From the NCBI RefSeq assembly GCF_000002075.1, contig NW_004798018.1:52541-116540 (forward strand): 64,000 bases of DNA, in the 5' to 3' direction. This stretch comes from Aplysia californica. Its lineage: Eukaryota. The notes beneath the pieces were generated by a model, which was not told the DNA's origin, did not search any database, and saw only the letters and a program-made list of their open reading frames with translations. The translations under genes were made by a program, and so were the position numbers. Numbering within the stretch: position 1 is the stretch's first letter; every line of letters begins with the position of its first letter. Shown here one piece after another: positions 25,502-37,323 of the stretch.

Positions 25502-25849
25502 AATAATGTTGTCCAAAGATTGTCAGTCCACAAGCCACAAACTGGTTTTGCACAGCTGTTGATAAAAATAAAGGTCAGAGGCTACGATTATAAAAACCAG
25601 ATTTTTCTAGAAATAACAACAAGTGAATACAAAAAAATAAGCAATTCACGGGCTTAGTAACTCATTTCCAGGAGTTTCTCTGACTTCTAATGATTTATGA
25701 GGTATGTAATTAGTTTGCAATATTATTTCTTATAGAAGTAGATCTACGTGTTAAATAACCAATTTTTTTACACTCGGATAGCACGCTACAGAAAATGCTT
25801 ATACAGTTTGCCTCAATCTGGGATACTAGGCTAACCCGGATGTTTTTGT

Positions 25850-26390
25850 TGAGTCGACCAGCATGCTTGAAAGCTAGGCACCGCCCACCTGACCATGTGC
25901 GTAAGGCTGACTTATCTCATTAGTTTCAGAAACCAGAAGTGACAAAAATACAGAATTCTTTCGACAAGTTATTTCGCTTGTGAGTTACAGTAAATGTGTT
26001 CTCTCTGCATCCTACGTCTTGATATATTACTTAATAGGAGTGTATCTCTTCATGGGTCTGCCACCAATTTTCTGGCTTTTAGACAAGATGGGAAATTTCC
26101 TTTCGTATCTGTTTACATTTCGCGGGTCAGGGTCGCAAATCAAGTGAGTTGTAAAGCACATCCGCTACCTTCCATAAGATTGTCTTTAGGTAACTTTCGT
26201 TAATTTCGATAAATAAAGTATTTATGTGTCATTTTTATCTTTTCTCGCTACAACTGAAGAAATAATATCCTTCTTTTCTTCGTTTATGTTAACCGACCCC
26301 AGTGCTCAGGGAACCTGTTTAACGCTACGCCCACGGATTTGGCGGGAATGATGGCGTTCTCTTGGGTCTGAGGTTTGGCAAGCAGACGTA
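25850..26390. promoter_or_regulatory. Probable bidirectional promoter for PNPO (minus) and CDCA7 (plus)
   Basis: Locally CpG-rich. E2F-like sites TTTCGCGG at 26118-26125 and TTTGGCGGGAA at 26338-26348. CCAAT at 26064. Plus-strand donors gtgagt at 26144 and gtatgt at 26388. Minus-strand donor CAG|gtgggc near 25888. Confidence 0.6.
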
Positions 26391-27756
26391 TGTTTTTCCC
26401 ATATGATCATCTTGGCATTTTTTTCCCTCGATGTGTCTGGGTGTCTTTCCACGTTACAATGATTAAAGAATTGAATCAGACATTTGAAGCAGCCGGAAAT
26501 TGATGTAGATCTAGGCCAAGTTTTTAGTGAATTTCGTTGTTTCTCTTTTCAAGGAAATTTGGTGGACCATGCCGATCAGCATCCATTATCCATCACCTCA
26601 CTGATCACACTCACACACATGATGACCGATAACATTAACGGAATGTCGATTGTTAGTTGTTATTTTTTTATGAATACAATTCATTGGATTGTGCAGCGGT
26701 ATTATATCAAAGTCTGCCTCCACAGTCTATGCTTTTGTTGTCTTGGTTTCGGTATTTATTTCTTTTTCTTTCATGTCTTATTGGTTCCTTCTAGACTTGG
26801 CCATCTCTAGAATCTAGCCTAGCACAGACTAGACAGTCACCACAGTCCTACATTGACATCATTATTATTATTGTATAGATCAATATTGGCAACCTTCTGT
26901 TGCATGTCCACCGATCCATACAATTTCTGCTTGAGGGATATAATGTTTGAATGTTTTGACGAGGATTGGCCGGACCTTCCTTTCACTCTGTTATTTATAG
27001 ACTCTGTGGTGTGGTCAAACTACATGATAGCCAAGAGTTAGCTAGATGATAGATCTAGATCTAAATCTAGACTCAAATGTTAGAAACGACTGTTAAGATT
27101 AAGAGTTATGTTTACTCAGAATTAGATTAAAAATTTAGAATAGAATGTTATTGCATGCTGACTGGCATTGTGGTGTTTCAGTGATTGTGCCCTTTCACTT
27201 TCCTGAGATGAAAACAACTCGGTCTCGGTAAATTTTTACTTTCACTCCCACACACAGATGCACTGCTTCGGGGGTCAAACTTCAGTATTGTTTGCTACAG
27301 ATCACACATAACATAAAAAGCCACTAAAACTGTCGCAAATCAGTAATTTTCCAGAAAGTTTCAAACCTCACTGCATAATATCAAATTATGGGTTTAAACA
27401 GCCCCCTGATTGGTCCAAAGGGCGCAAATTACTAATAATACTACACAGTTAGGCTTAGGGCTTAGTGTGATTTAGCTCTATTAAAAACCATCAGATATTT
27501 CCAAAGTTATTAATTTGCTACGGTGATACAGTTATTTGTGTTCAGCGCACCAATATATAGAAGATGGACAAGTAGACTGGAGAGAAAGTAAAGAATACCC
27601 CAAATTGTTTTTGCCAGAAGCCCCAATTTTAAGGTCTCTGCTTGCTGGCTTTACTTCTGCTTCGTGGCAGTGGAGGCCTTATGAAGGCTATGCAACTGTC
27701 TGCTTTTGTCTTTTGAATACGGGATGCAGACTACTAGTCCTTCATTCTTGGCTGTT

Positions 27757-28599
27757 CAGTCGAACCTGTGTAAAACAGCCACCCATTGTCATGGAGAAAA
27801 GTGGCTGTATAACACAGATGGCCGTCTTATGCAGGACTGATCAAAATGAAGGAAGTAAGCCATTCCCTTCTGAAGTCCTAACCAGGGCTGATTCAGGCTT
27901 AGGGCTGCCGTACGGCGGATTCGAATGGGGATTTTTTTTCTTTTGAAAAAAAGGGGGCGGTGGAGGAAGGGGTTTTTCTGTTTGTTTTTGGTTTTTTGTG
28001 GGGGGTTTTTAATTTTTTTTTTTAGCTTTTTGGTTGCTGATGTTGTGCAAGGATAGAATAAAGAATGTAAGACAATGAAGACCGAGTGTCATGGTAAAAC
28101 ACACTCACGGGTTGCCACCACTCGAAGAACGAGCAACGCTTCGGTCGCAAGTTCACGTTAACGTCCATTGTTACTTTGTAACAGATTGGGTAAACAAAAC
28201 AGTGACCAGTCACTTCACGTACAATATGTATGAGTTGTGGGAGGGGCTTAGTTTATGACAGACGCTCGCTTCTCTCACCAGCAGTTGAAAATGTATTGTT
28301 ACCCATTGGTCACCTTGGGCTTGGGTGAAACATTCATTGGAGGGACTAACAATAATGACAGGTGAATGAATTATGGCGACCTGTCCACAATATCAGAGGC
28401 CAATTTAGAATTTATGACAGAGCATTGGGCGATTATAGAGACCATGTCTGGCCGCCTGAGGCAGGTAAATTTGGCTCTGGGTTGATAAAATAAGGTGGCC
28501 GCAGTCGTGTTTGACAGGTGACAGTTTTACAGTTAAATTATGTCGAAAAAACGCAGGGGGGGGGGGGATCGAAAGTGGCCGTCATAGCAGGTTCGACTG
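27757..28599. mobile_element. Tc1/mariner (Tigger-like) MITE in the CDCA7 5' intron
   Basis: CAGTCGAACCTG ... CAGGTTCGACTG-TA; same TIR family as 20797-21335. Confidence 0.75.
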
Positions 28600-28851
28600 T
28601 ATATATTTGTACTTTTGTCATGGATCCATACATGACTTGTCCAAGCTACCCATAGACTATAGAGGCCTTCAACTCTACAGCTTCGCTTTCTTTCCTGCTC
28701 CAATTTTTTTTTACCAAAGACGAAGTTGCTCAAACTCATCACAAGGAAACTAAAGTTCCATCTAATGATTTCCTGGTTTCCTTTTTTTTCCAGACCACTG
28801 TCCTTTTTGAGTTTTAAAATCAGTGTACAGTGACATCTTCACACATTAGGA

Positions 28852-28869
28852 ATGGAGGACACTGGAATG
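28852..28869 (+). CDS. CDCA7: CDCA7 first coding exon (MEDTGM)
   Basis: Acceptor ttttttttccag at 28793; ggaATGG start; ATG|gtaact donor, phase 0. Confidence 0.7.
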
Positions 28870-31800
28870 GTAACTATCACTGATTTCATTGTTAAAAGTG
28901 TCTGTTTTTTCTTATCCTTGTTTAATTTCAGTTAATGAGTTTGAGGGGCAGAGTAGGAAAATGTTTCTTTTTGTTGCTTCCAATAGGGAAGGGGAAAGCC
29001 AAGTGTTGCATTGCAATAGCAAAATTAAGTANNNNNNNNNNNNNNNNNNNNNNNNNNNNNNNNNNNNNNNNNNNNNNNNNNNNNNNNNNNNNNNNNNNNN
29101 NNNNNNNNNNNNNNNNNNNNNNNNNNNNNNNNNNNNNNNNNNNNNNNNNNNNNNNNNNNNNNNNNNNNNNNCTTCCTCTCCCTCTTTCTAATTTCTTAGC
29201 TGGCGACCTTTTGCTTCTTACAAGAATTTCCTGATGTTTATGTATGAAAGCTTTTACGTCATGTGATGCTGTAACTATCTAGAGGTGTTGTCATGCCCTG
29301 TTTGTTCACTGAACTTTTCATTTCAATATTCATGTCTCTTTTACCAGGACGATGTTTGCCACTATGAAAATCTCAGGAAAAGAAATCTGGAGGACAATAA
29401 AGCCGTGGTAATATTATCCTCTTCTTGTATTTTATGAAAAGCTTAGTCAGCACCTTTTTCTTTCTTGAACTATGTGCTGGGGCATTATGTTTTTGTCCAC
29501 CTGTGGTCCTTTTCAGAGATCATGATTGGAGTGAGTTTATGACTGCTATAGTGTAAAGCTGCAAATACTATATATTCAGACAGAGACGTTTCTTTTCATA
29601 CGTTGGCAATACCAGCTGGGTGGTAAGGGGGACTGATGATTTTTTTTTTTGGGGGGGGGGTGTATTAGTGAGGTTTAACTGTACTGATTTTTTGTGAAAC
29701 AATTTAAAACTTTAAATGTGATTCATGAGAAGAAAGTAAGGGTTTTTTTTAATTGGTCCTGCTTCCCCCCCCCCCCCCTTATTTTGTACGTACATGTATT
29801 CATGTGTACTGCTTAGCTTATTTCTGTACTAAACGTGTCCACTTGTGCTGTTTTACAGTTGGCGAAACTTATGTGTGACATCAAAGATCAGATTGTCAAA
29901 AAACCGACCACAGTCCAGAAGGTGAGGAAAACTATTTGGTGAACAACTTTTCACTTAAGTAATTCTTAATATACATTACCTTGTTTGTAAGTAGTAATAG
30001 CCTTGTTATATTCACCTTAAGAATTAAGTTCATTGGTGACAAAGGTCCTTTGTCGTCTAATACTTGTCCATCTTATGGTCTGATTTGTAGGGCATGAGTC
30101 TATACAATGCTTACTCACAGCTGGGTCTTAAAGTTGCAGACTCATAACCATATTTCTCCTTAACAATGGGTGGCTGTCGTGGACAGTTTTTTTACCCTTA
30201 TTAGAACCATTGCTGCCATTCGCGGCCTTATGGGTGTATTCTCATTTTAAGTAGTTGAACAGTGCATTTAGTTAGGTTTTTCATATGTCCAGTACCTCTT
30301 CTTATTATTCTTAATCGTTGCTGCTTTGTTTCTATCATTTGCTAACTGAAAGGAATTGTTATTTGGGTTTTTTATTTTTTAAATTGTGTTTGCAGAGAAA
30401 GAGAATTTCAGCAGCTGATGCTGAAGATCAGTTCATCAGGAGAAACCCCTCCCGCCGTGCTCGTGTAACCCCATCTCGGTTTGATCTTCCTCGCACTCGG
30501 TCCAGAGCCAGGAGCGGGTCTATCTCATCAACAGTGTCTTCGGCTTCCTCTTCCTCTACAACACCCTCATCATCCCCTGAGGTAGGCCAGGAATTGATAA
30601 CTAGATTATTTTTTTTTCATTTTGTCCTGTGTGTGTGTGTATGGAATGGCAGGTTGTGAGGTTCAGTTGGCGGGTCTTTTAGCAATTGTAGCTAAATAAG
30701 GGTTCTATCCATTGCCCTCATCCTGACTTAAACAATTAGATTAACATTTGAAAGGGGGGTAAATGATCCTTTAAATTTTAAATTCAATCTGCTGTGCACT
30801 CAGATTAGCTAGTCAGTTTCTAGGAACATCCCCACCACCATTTCAAATTGAAGAGGGAAATTGTTAAAGATGATGAAAATATTTCTTCAAGCAGCTGGAA
30901 CTTTGTGGCTCTGACTTTTTGAAGAGTGATGATTAAAATGATATGACGCTCTGCCTTGGCTATTGAAACGGTTGCCACTGAAACAAAATCAGAAATGACA
31001 CCTTGGTTTGTGTTGTTCTTCAATTTGTCTTCTGTCTTATTTCAGAAACTTGTCGTCCGGTTTGGGTTTTTCAAGAGGTTAAATACAGAATCATCAGGAC
31101 TTCCTATGGATGAGGTAGGTCAATATGTTTGTCTCATTCACATTTGTTGGCAGTTGTTGTTGTAATTGCTTTGTTGTTTAGTTTCTCATACTTTTCATAC
31201 CCTTCTTCAAACCCTTTTTTTTCTGCTTCTCTTTGTGGCCAATGACTGTTCATATGGAAACTCATGAGATTTCAAGGAAAGTTGGTGTTGTTCCTGGTCC
31301 ATGAAACTCCCTCACCCTCTGCTAGAGTCGTCCAAACAAAATTACCATTCAATATTCTCTATGGGATGCATCATGGTGAAATGAGGCACTCATCAAAATA
31401 ATGAAATCCAAGAAATCTGCATTTTTTCGACCAGTTTGGACTTTTGTTTCTTTTTCTTTTTTTCTTCAAATTTTTGTTTTTCGGCTCAACACCTTGTATG
31501 TCCTTTCAAAAAACACTTTTATATGTGGATTTTATGGAAAAACGTTGGTTAAAGGCACACCAAAATTTAATTTGCAGTTTCCAAGGACTCTAGTTATACT
31601 AAGTCACCAAACTTTGGCGGCTACTTTCTCGCTAATTTTACCTCTTAAACCAGGCGACCCCTCCTCCTTCAATTGCAAATATCTCGACTTCTATTCAAGA
31701 TAAATGGGTATTGTTTTCATCTAAAATAAGGCAAATGAACAACCTTTAAGATTAAGAAGATACCAGTAACTCCATGCCCAAAAATTGACAAGCACCTGAT

Positions 31801-34800
31801 TCCCCTGCGTCATGACACACATATGATCTCTCAGTCCAGGGGTCCCACACTTTAGAATTATGTTCAAGGGGATGCTGCTGGTAGGTCATACTTCTTTACC
31901 TTTTTTTTTTTTAAATCTCTTTTCAGCTTCTGTCTTTTGCCTATGAATTAAATGACTGTTGCTCTGTCAGTGTGGTGTTCTAAAGCAACACACATCTAGA
32001 AAATGTTTTGAAAGTGAAAATTTCAGTTTGAACTTTAAAATATTTGGAAGTGGATGCTTTTTGGATGCTTTCCTATCAATCACCTATCATCCTTATTCTT
32101 CCTCTATGACACATTGTACCGTAAAACGCTTACTAAAACAAAAACATACATTAGGAGAGAAATGACTCATCATTTTCTGGAAAAGGGTAGGGAATTCCGA
32201 ATAAGTTATTTGACAGCAGTCTCCTATTGTTTACTTTTTCTTGAGTATGTGTAGAACAGAAGAACGTTTAACCAGATATGCACTGGCACAATCAGTGGAA
32301 AGACCCCCTGCGACATTTTGGAGAAAGCAACAGAGCCTCAATGGACATGTCCGGAGTGCAGAGATGTTGCTTCCTGAAACAATGAACAATGATTGAGTAT
32401 GTTACAGTATGTACTTATCATGTGTGCTCTATCTACTATCTGAGCTACGCTGTATTGTGTTTCAAATCTTGTTCCTGTAATGTGATTTTTTAAAATATTT
32501 TTTTTATTTTCACGTGTTTTCTGTGACAGAGTTCTGATGAGGAGGACGCCGAGGACTGTCCCCTGCCGCAGATCACACGGAAACCCCGCACTGTTCGAGA
32601 GGCGAGACCGGTGGAAGACATCACTCAGGCTGACCTGGATATGGTGGCCGTGTCAGTGTCGGACAAAAAATATGACAGTATTTATGTAAGGAGCAGTTTT
32701 TCATCGGATGATGCAGTTTCTCCCATAATACCCTTTTATACATTCTAGTATGCACATAACAAAATTGGCGGGACGTGGAAATCTTTTCTTAATGTACATG
32801 TTTCTAATACAAAGAATATAATATTCATGTATTTATAAGAAAAAATTTGGGACCTGAAAATCTGTTCGCAGTGTGCTTGGTAGACTATAATGATAACCTA
32901 CCAAAAAATTTACAAGTAAGGATACATGATCTCGGTCCGGACAGGATATGCTTTGTAATTCATTCACATAAAGAGGTTTTAGTATTCTTTATTCTGTCTT
33001 TGTTAACAGTTGTGGCATAACGTTTCTTTGTCTTAAAGATCCTTTCATGTTTTGCCTGACAGTGGTTGGAGCCTGTCACTGAAAATGTCACTTTTCTGCT
33101 ACTTCTGTTGTGTCACTCAAGCCAAATGGTCAGATTTTGTTCCTTATTACTTTTAAGTTGGATGTTGTAGGTTGTTATTTGGAATGCAAGAATTACAGTA
33201 GGATTTTCTCATGTCTTCTCTGGTTTCGTTGTCTTGAAAAAATATCTATACAGTAATTTTGTTCTGTCACAGGGCTCTACCTGCCACCAGTGTAGACAAA
33301 AGACGAACGACATGAAAACAATTTGCCGTTCAGAGGACTGCACAGGCGTCAGGGGTCAGGTGAGTGGGACTGGAAAAAAAATATCATATACAGCTACAAC
33401 AGTCACTTGTTGCCATCTGTTGTCATATATCTCTGAGTGTGAAAATGTGGGTGGTTTGCGGGTGCTCTGATGTGGTTTGCTCCTTCTTTCCTATGAAACA
33501 TCTGTCTTCCTTATCTCTCCTCTTTTGTAGGTGGTTGGCAGGTGCTCTGGTGTGGTTTGCTCCTTCTTTCCTATCAAACATCTATCGTCCTTATTTCTCC
33601 TCCTTTTTTGTGTATGTTACTTTCTTGTAATACATAATCTATTCTTCGGCACTTATGTGACCTTATTGTGTTGCAAGTGCCCTAAAACTCTTACTCAAAA
33701 CAAAAAAACCCAAAAAAAACTCCACTCCTTTATTATGTTTGTTACTGTCTTGTAACACCTCTTATTGTATTGCAAGAGTCATAATAACTAAAACAAAAAG
33801 GAATAAGGAAATGCTGCTTTTCGGCAGTTTCAGAAGCCATAGGGAACTTCTTTTTTTGTGTGTGTTTTTAGAATGACAGATCATGTCCTACTTTGCAGTG
33901 GATTCTATGTTGGATTGCTTTGTAATTCACTGCACAATGACGATCAGATTATTTCACCAGCTATATAGTCAGTCATAGACAATAGGCACACTCAAAATTG
34001 GAAATTACGGGTAGCTCGTACAATACACCATTCCTCAACAGAACCGCTGTATTTTCTTTGTATTGACAACATTGTTTTCATGAACAATCGCGCAGATTTG
34101 TCTACATATTGTCTCAAACTTGACAAACCCAATCAATTTTTTCTTCACAATTATATCTCAAATTTAAATGATCTACCTTTGTACAATGGAAAATGTCTCA
34201 CCCGTGGTCATTAAGAGTATCAGGTGACATGAGTCCACTAGCCTCGCCCCCAGAGTGGTACACATTTTGCCTGAATCGAGTGTTTGCCCACAAGAAAAAT
34301 TTAGGGAATTTCTAAATCGAATGAGCAAGTCAGTAATGCTTCTTTTCCTTGGAACTCTAACGAAATGCTAGGTCACAGAAAGGAAGGATGATGATAAATG
34401 TATCATAAAGTTGTTTTGTTGGTTTCTTTTGGTGTGGGAAATAATTTTGGCTTTAATTTTAATGATTAATCTGGCATGTTTCGTGAAAGTAATAATGTGC
34501 TTTGGGGGGTGGGGGTTATTATTTTGGAGGGAGAACTTTGAAACTTATATGAGTGTTTGGCCAAATCTATTTACAGTTTTGTGGACCATGTCTCAAAAAC
34601 CGGTACGGAGAGGATGCCAAAGCAGCTCTGATGTCTCCCGTAAGTGTATGCTGATGTTTAGACTGTTGTTTCCTTTATGAGTGTTTTTAGTTGTATGAAA
34701 TCATTATTGCTCTCCCTTGTTTATCTGACGGTACAGGAAAAGAGTAATTAAATAATCTTCATTTCAGTGTCAGTTGTCCTTTAGTCAATACATGTTTTCA

Positions 34801-37323
34801 TGTTGGTTACTTTGGCCACGTCTGCCTCCATGGGTACTGTTCGGTTTTTTACAGATGATAAGTACAGTGATATCTTCTCTCCAATTTATTAATTACTGAT
34901 GTCCGTCTAGCTATCTTTTTATTTCTCTTTTTGCATTTCCCTGATTAATCACACCTCTTCCAGTATTGTTTTTATGGTTTTCATCTATTCCTGTCTGTTC
35001 TTCAAATCTGCCCACTCAGCTTGTTTTTGCTAAAGGATTGTGATCTGTAGCATTCATGCAAATCATATTTTACTGATGGTTAGAGGGTACCACAGGTAGG
35101 CCCTGCTTCTTTAACTCTTTTGGGATGTATCCCCGATATATCTGCTCGAGTCCGTACCCCTTGTGGAGGCATCATGGATATATTGGCAATGATTGAGTGC
35201 CTCAGTTTTGTTTTATTTTTACATGATCCTTCATTTATAAGAACTTATTATTGTTACTTGAAAACTTGGAAAGGATATAGGAAACAAAAATATCTAGTTT
35301 GTCATTGTCAAAGCGTCAGTTTGGCAATAAGCGGGTGAATTCAGTCTTGATTCAATGGAGCTATGTATCCAGACTCAGTAGAAATATCATAGCTGAAACA
35401 AAAATTTAATTTCTAGCTCATTTTTAACCCTTTCGTTGCCAGGGGGTATGTCTTCCTACTGTTACCACTGATTTTCAGCTGAGCTCGTTACCCAGGGCAG
35501 CTACCTTATGTCTTAGTGTTAATGGGCGTGTCGTCTACCTTTCCCACTCGTGATATACTTAGGACCCCTGGTTTTCGATAGTGTCACTTTTCTCACTTCT
35601 CTCGTTCCCTATGTCCAGCCCCCGTCTTACTCAAAATTTCGAATAAATTGCAAATCTAAGTCAAGGTGTGCTTTTTTTTTTAACCGCTGTTTACGTTTTG
35701 GGGATCACACAGCCAACCGCTACCCTAGATCTGTGTTTATCAATCACTTGCTAGCCTAGCAGTAAAGTAATATTAGTAAAGTTGGTACTGATGTGCAGCT
35801 CTTTTATTGCTAAATACGAATCCATGCAGAGCTTGTGGCTAAAACTCAGCAAGAAGAATTAGAGCTAGATGATTAGCATGACGTACATGTAGCATAGGCA
35901 ACCAGGAGTGGCAAATTTTGTCAACTTCTGTGATGTCCGTGATATGGCACAAAGCTAAAAATGAAGCATTTTCATGACGTACCAGGTACCAGCTAATACT
36001 GTGTGAAGTGTAGCATGTGGAAAAAAATATTTTTTAAAGTAAAAAATATAAATTCACTGTTTTGGAGGAAAATCATTTTAATGCATAATTCAGGAATGGC
36101 CAAGCTAGCACTTTTTCTCAAGGAACTATATTTTCAACGACATGACACTTTTCTTGCCTTTTCACATTCTTGCTTAAAAACATCTCTGCTGACAACTTGG
36201 GACCTTTCTCGGGGCACACTTACATGCGTCCTTTTCTTTTTCTTTTCTATGTAACAACACTCGAAGAATGGGTATCTGTGGTATATACTGAGCCGTCATA
36301 TTTATTTCCTGTGCTGACCCGTACAGCTTCTCCTGTATAGTTACTGGAGTTGGCCACTGAAAATTTTATTATTGCCTTTGATGTGCCTCCTTTTGGTTTG
36401 TTTCAGGACTGGGTTTGTCCACCATGTAGAAAGATCTGCAACTGCAGTTTCTGTCGAAGAAAAAATGGCAAGGCTTCCACAGGAATTCTCATTCATCTGG
36501 CACGAGAGAGAGGATATTGTGATGTTAATTCATTCCTTAACGGGTAAAGAATGTTTTTGTTCTTCTCAGATTTGTGCTACCCACAATTTTCCCTGACCCT
36601 ACCTTTTTTCAGTACTTGATTTTTTTCTTTCTTTTTTTAAAAATTCTTTCTCTGCTTATGTTACCAAAGTCTAGCCTCACATATCGGCCTTGCTTGGCCT
36701 ATCTCTGCGAGTGAGCTAGCGTGGCCCGGCCTAAATTTAGTATGAAACGTTAAAGCTATGTTATCTCTCAACTCCATTCTCTGACTGAACTTAATGGGAG
36801 GTTGAACCGTGTTGTGAATAAAAGACAGTGGTGTCCAGGTAAACAGAAATCTGCACGGCAGATCAACAAAGCAATGCCGTCTGCTGTGTTCGGCTTCTCA
36901 TGGTTTGTCAACACTTACTAATGACAAGTGAGGAACCTTTACACAACTTAAAAGTTCCTTGCTGTGGCTGTAGTAATTAAATTTTGGATGCAACCTCGCA
37001 ACCTGAGCCCATCCACAAGTGGTAATGGAGCTTTTAAATGTGGCGAACTTTTCTCTGCCCGATTGGTCTCATTGACCACAGCAAAAGCCACTAGTCATCT
37101 TGACCTTCTTGACCTTTAATTCTTCCAATTCTTTTTTGTTGGAGAAAAGCATATTTTCCTCTGCAAATGTATTGGTCATAGTCAGACATTGATGGACAAG
37201 CTATTAGTAGTAGTAGTATTGTATCAGTAATGACATTTTGGATTCAGTATAGAACTCGTGTCATGTTTGGATAATTTGTTTTACTTTTTTCTCCTCCACA
37301 GATTGAAGAATACAACTGACTGA
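28852..37323 (+). CDS. CDCA7: Cell division cycle-associated protein 7 (zf-4CXXC_R1), 286 aa, 10 coding exons
   Basis: Exons 28852-28869, 29348-29407, 29859-29921, 30396-30581, 31046-31114, 32530-32685, 33273-33359, 34577-34639, 36407-36543, 37302-37323; all GT-AG and in frame. N-terminal [20 protein letters not shown] helix. Zinc finger [11 protein letters not shown]...[23 protein letters not shown]...[17 protein letters not shown]...TGILIHLA. Confidence 0.95.
29348..29407 (+). CDS. CDCA7: CDCA7 exon ([20 protein letters not shown])
   Basis: ccag acceptor and gtaata donor; 60 nt; conserved R..N...NKA helix. Confidence 0.88.
29859..29921 (+). CDS. CDCA7: CDCA7 exon ([21 protein letters not shown])
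   Basis: ttttacag acceptor and gtgagg donor; 63 nt. Confidence 0.85.
30396..30581 (+). CDS. CDCA7: CDCA7 exon ([23 protein letters not shown]...SSSPE)
   Basis: tttgcag acceptor and gtaggc donor; 186 nt; RRNPxRRAR motif typical of CDCA7. Confidence 0.88.
30861..30986 (+). ncRNA. Candidate intronic box C/D snoRNA (orphan)
   Basis: C box ATGATGA 30870-30876; D' CTGA 30911-30914; CTT-TTTG-AAG mini-stem; C' GTGATGA 30926-30932; D CTGA 30978-30981. Flanks ttgtt/aacaa. The D box ends 64 nt before the 3' splice site of a CDCA7 intron. Confidence 0.4.
31046..31114 (+). CDS. CDCA7: CDCA7 exon ([23 protein letters not shown])
   Basis: tttcag acceptor and gtaggt donor; 69 nt; phase 0/0. Confidence 0.8.
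32530..32685 (+). CDS. CDCA7: CDCA7 exon (SSDEEDAED...[27 protein letters not shown])
   Basis: gacag acceptor and gtaagg donor; 156 nt; RPVEDIT motif. Confidence 0.9.
33273..33359 (+). CDS. CDCA7: CDCA7 exon ([29 protein letters not shown])
   Basis: cacag acceptor and gtgagt donor; start of the zf-4CXXC_R1 domain. Confidence 0.96.
34577..34639 (+). CDS. CDCA7: CDCA7 exon ([21 protein letters not shown])
   Basis: ttacag acceptor and gtaagt donor; 63 nt. Confidence 0.96.
36407..36543 (+). CDS. CDCA7: CDCA7 exon ([46 protein letters not shown])
   Basis: tttcag acceptor and gtaaag donor; 137 nt. Confidence 0.96.
36800..37115 (+). mobile_element. Decayed RTE/BovB-like LINE 3' end in the last CDCA7 intron
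   Basis: [20 protein letters not shown] resembles the terminal zinc-finger-like end of RTE ORF2. Confidence 0.45.
37302..37323 (+). CDS. CDCA7: CDCA7 last coding exon (LKNTTD*)
   Basis: Strong acceptor ttttttctcctccacag; completes the phase-2 codon; TGA at 37321-37323. Confidence 0.8.

Noticed and set aside
32230-32378. QWTCPECR peptide resembling the CDCA7 DWVCPPCR exon (possible duplicated exon)
   Set aside because: It lies upstream of the zinc-finger exons, lacks good splice sites and ends in a stop; more likely a transposon PHD remnant.
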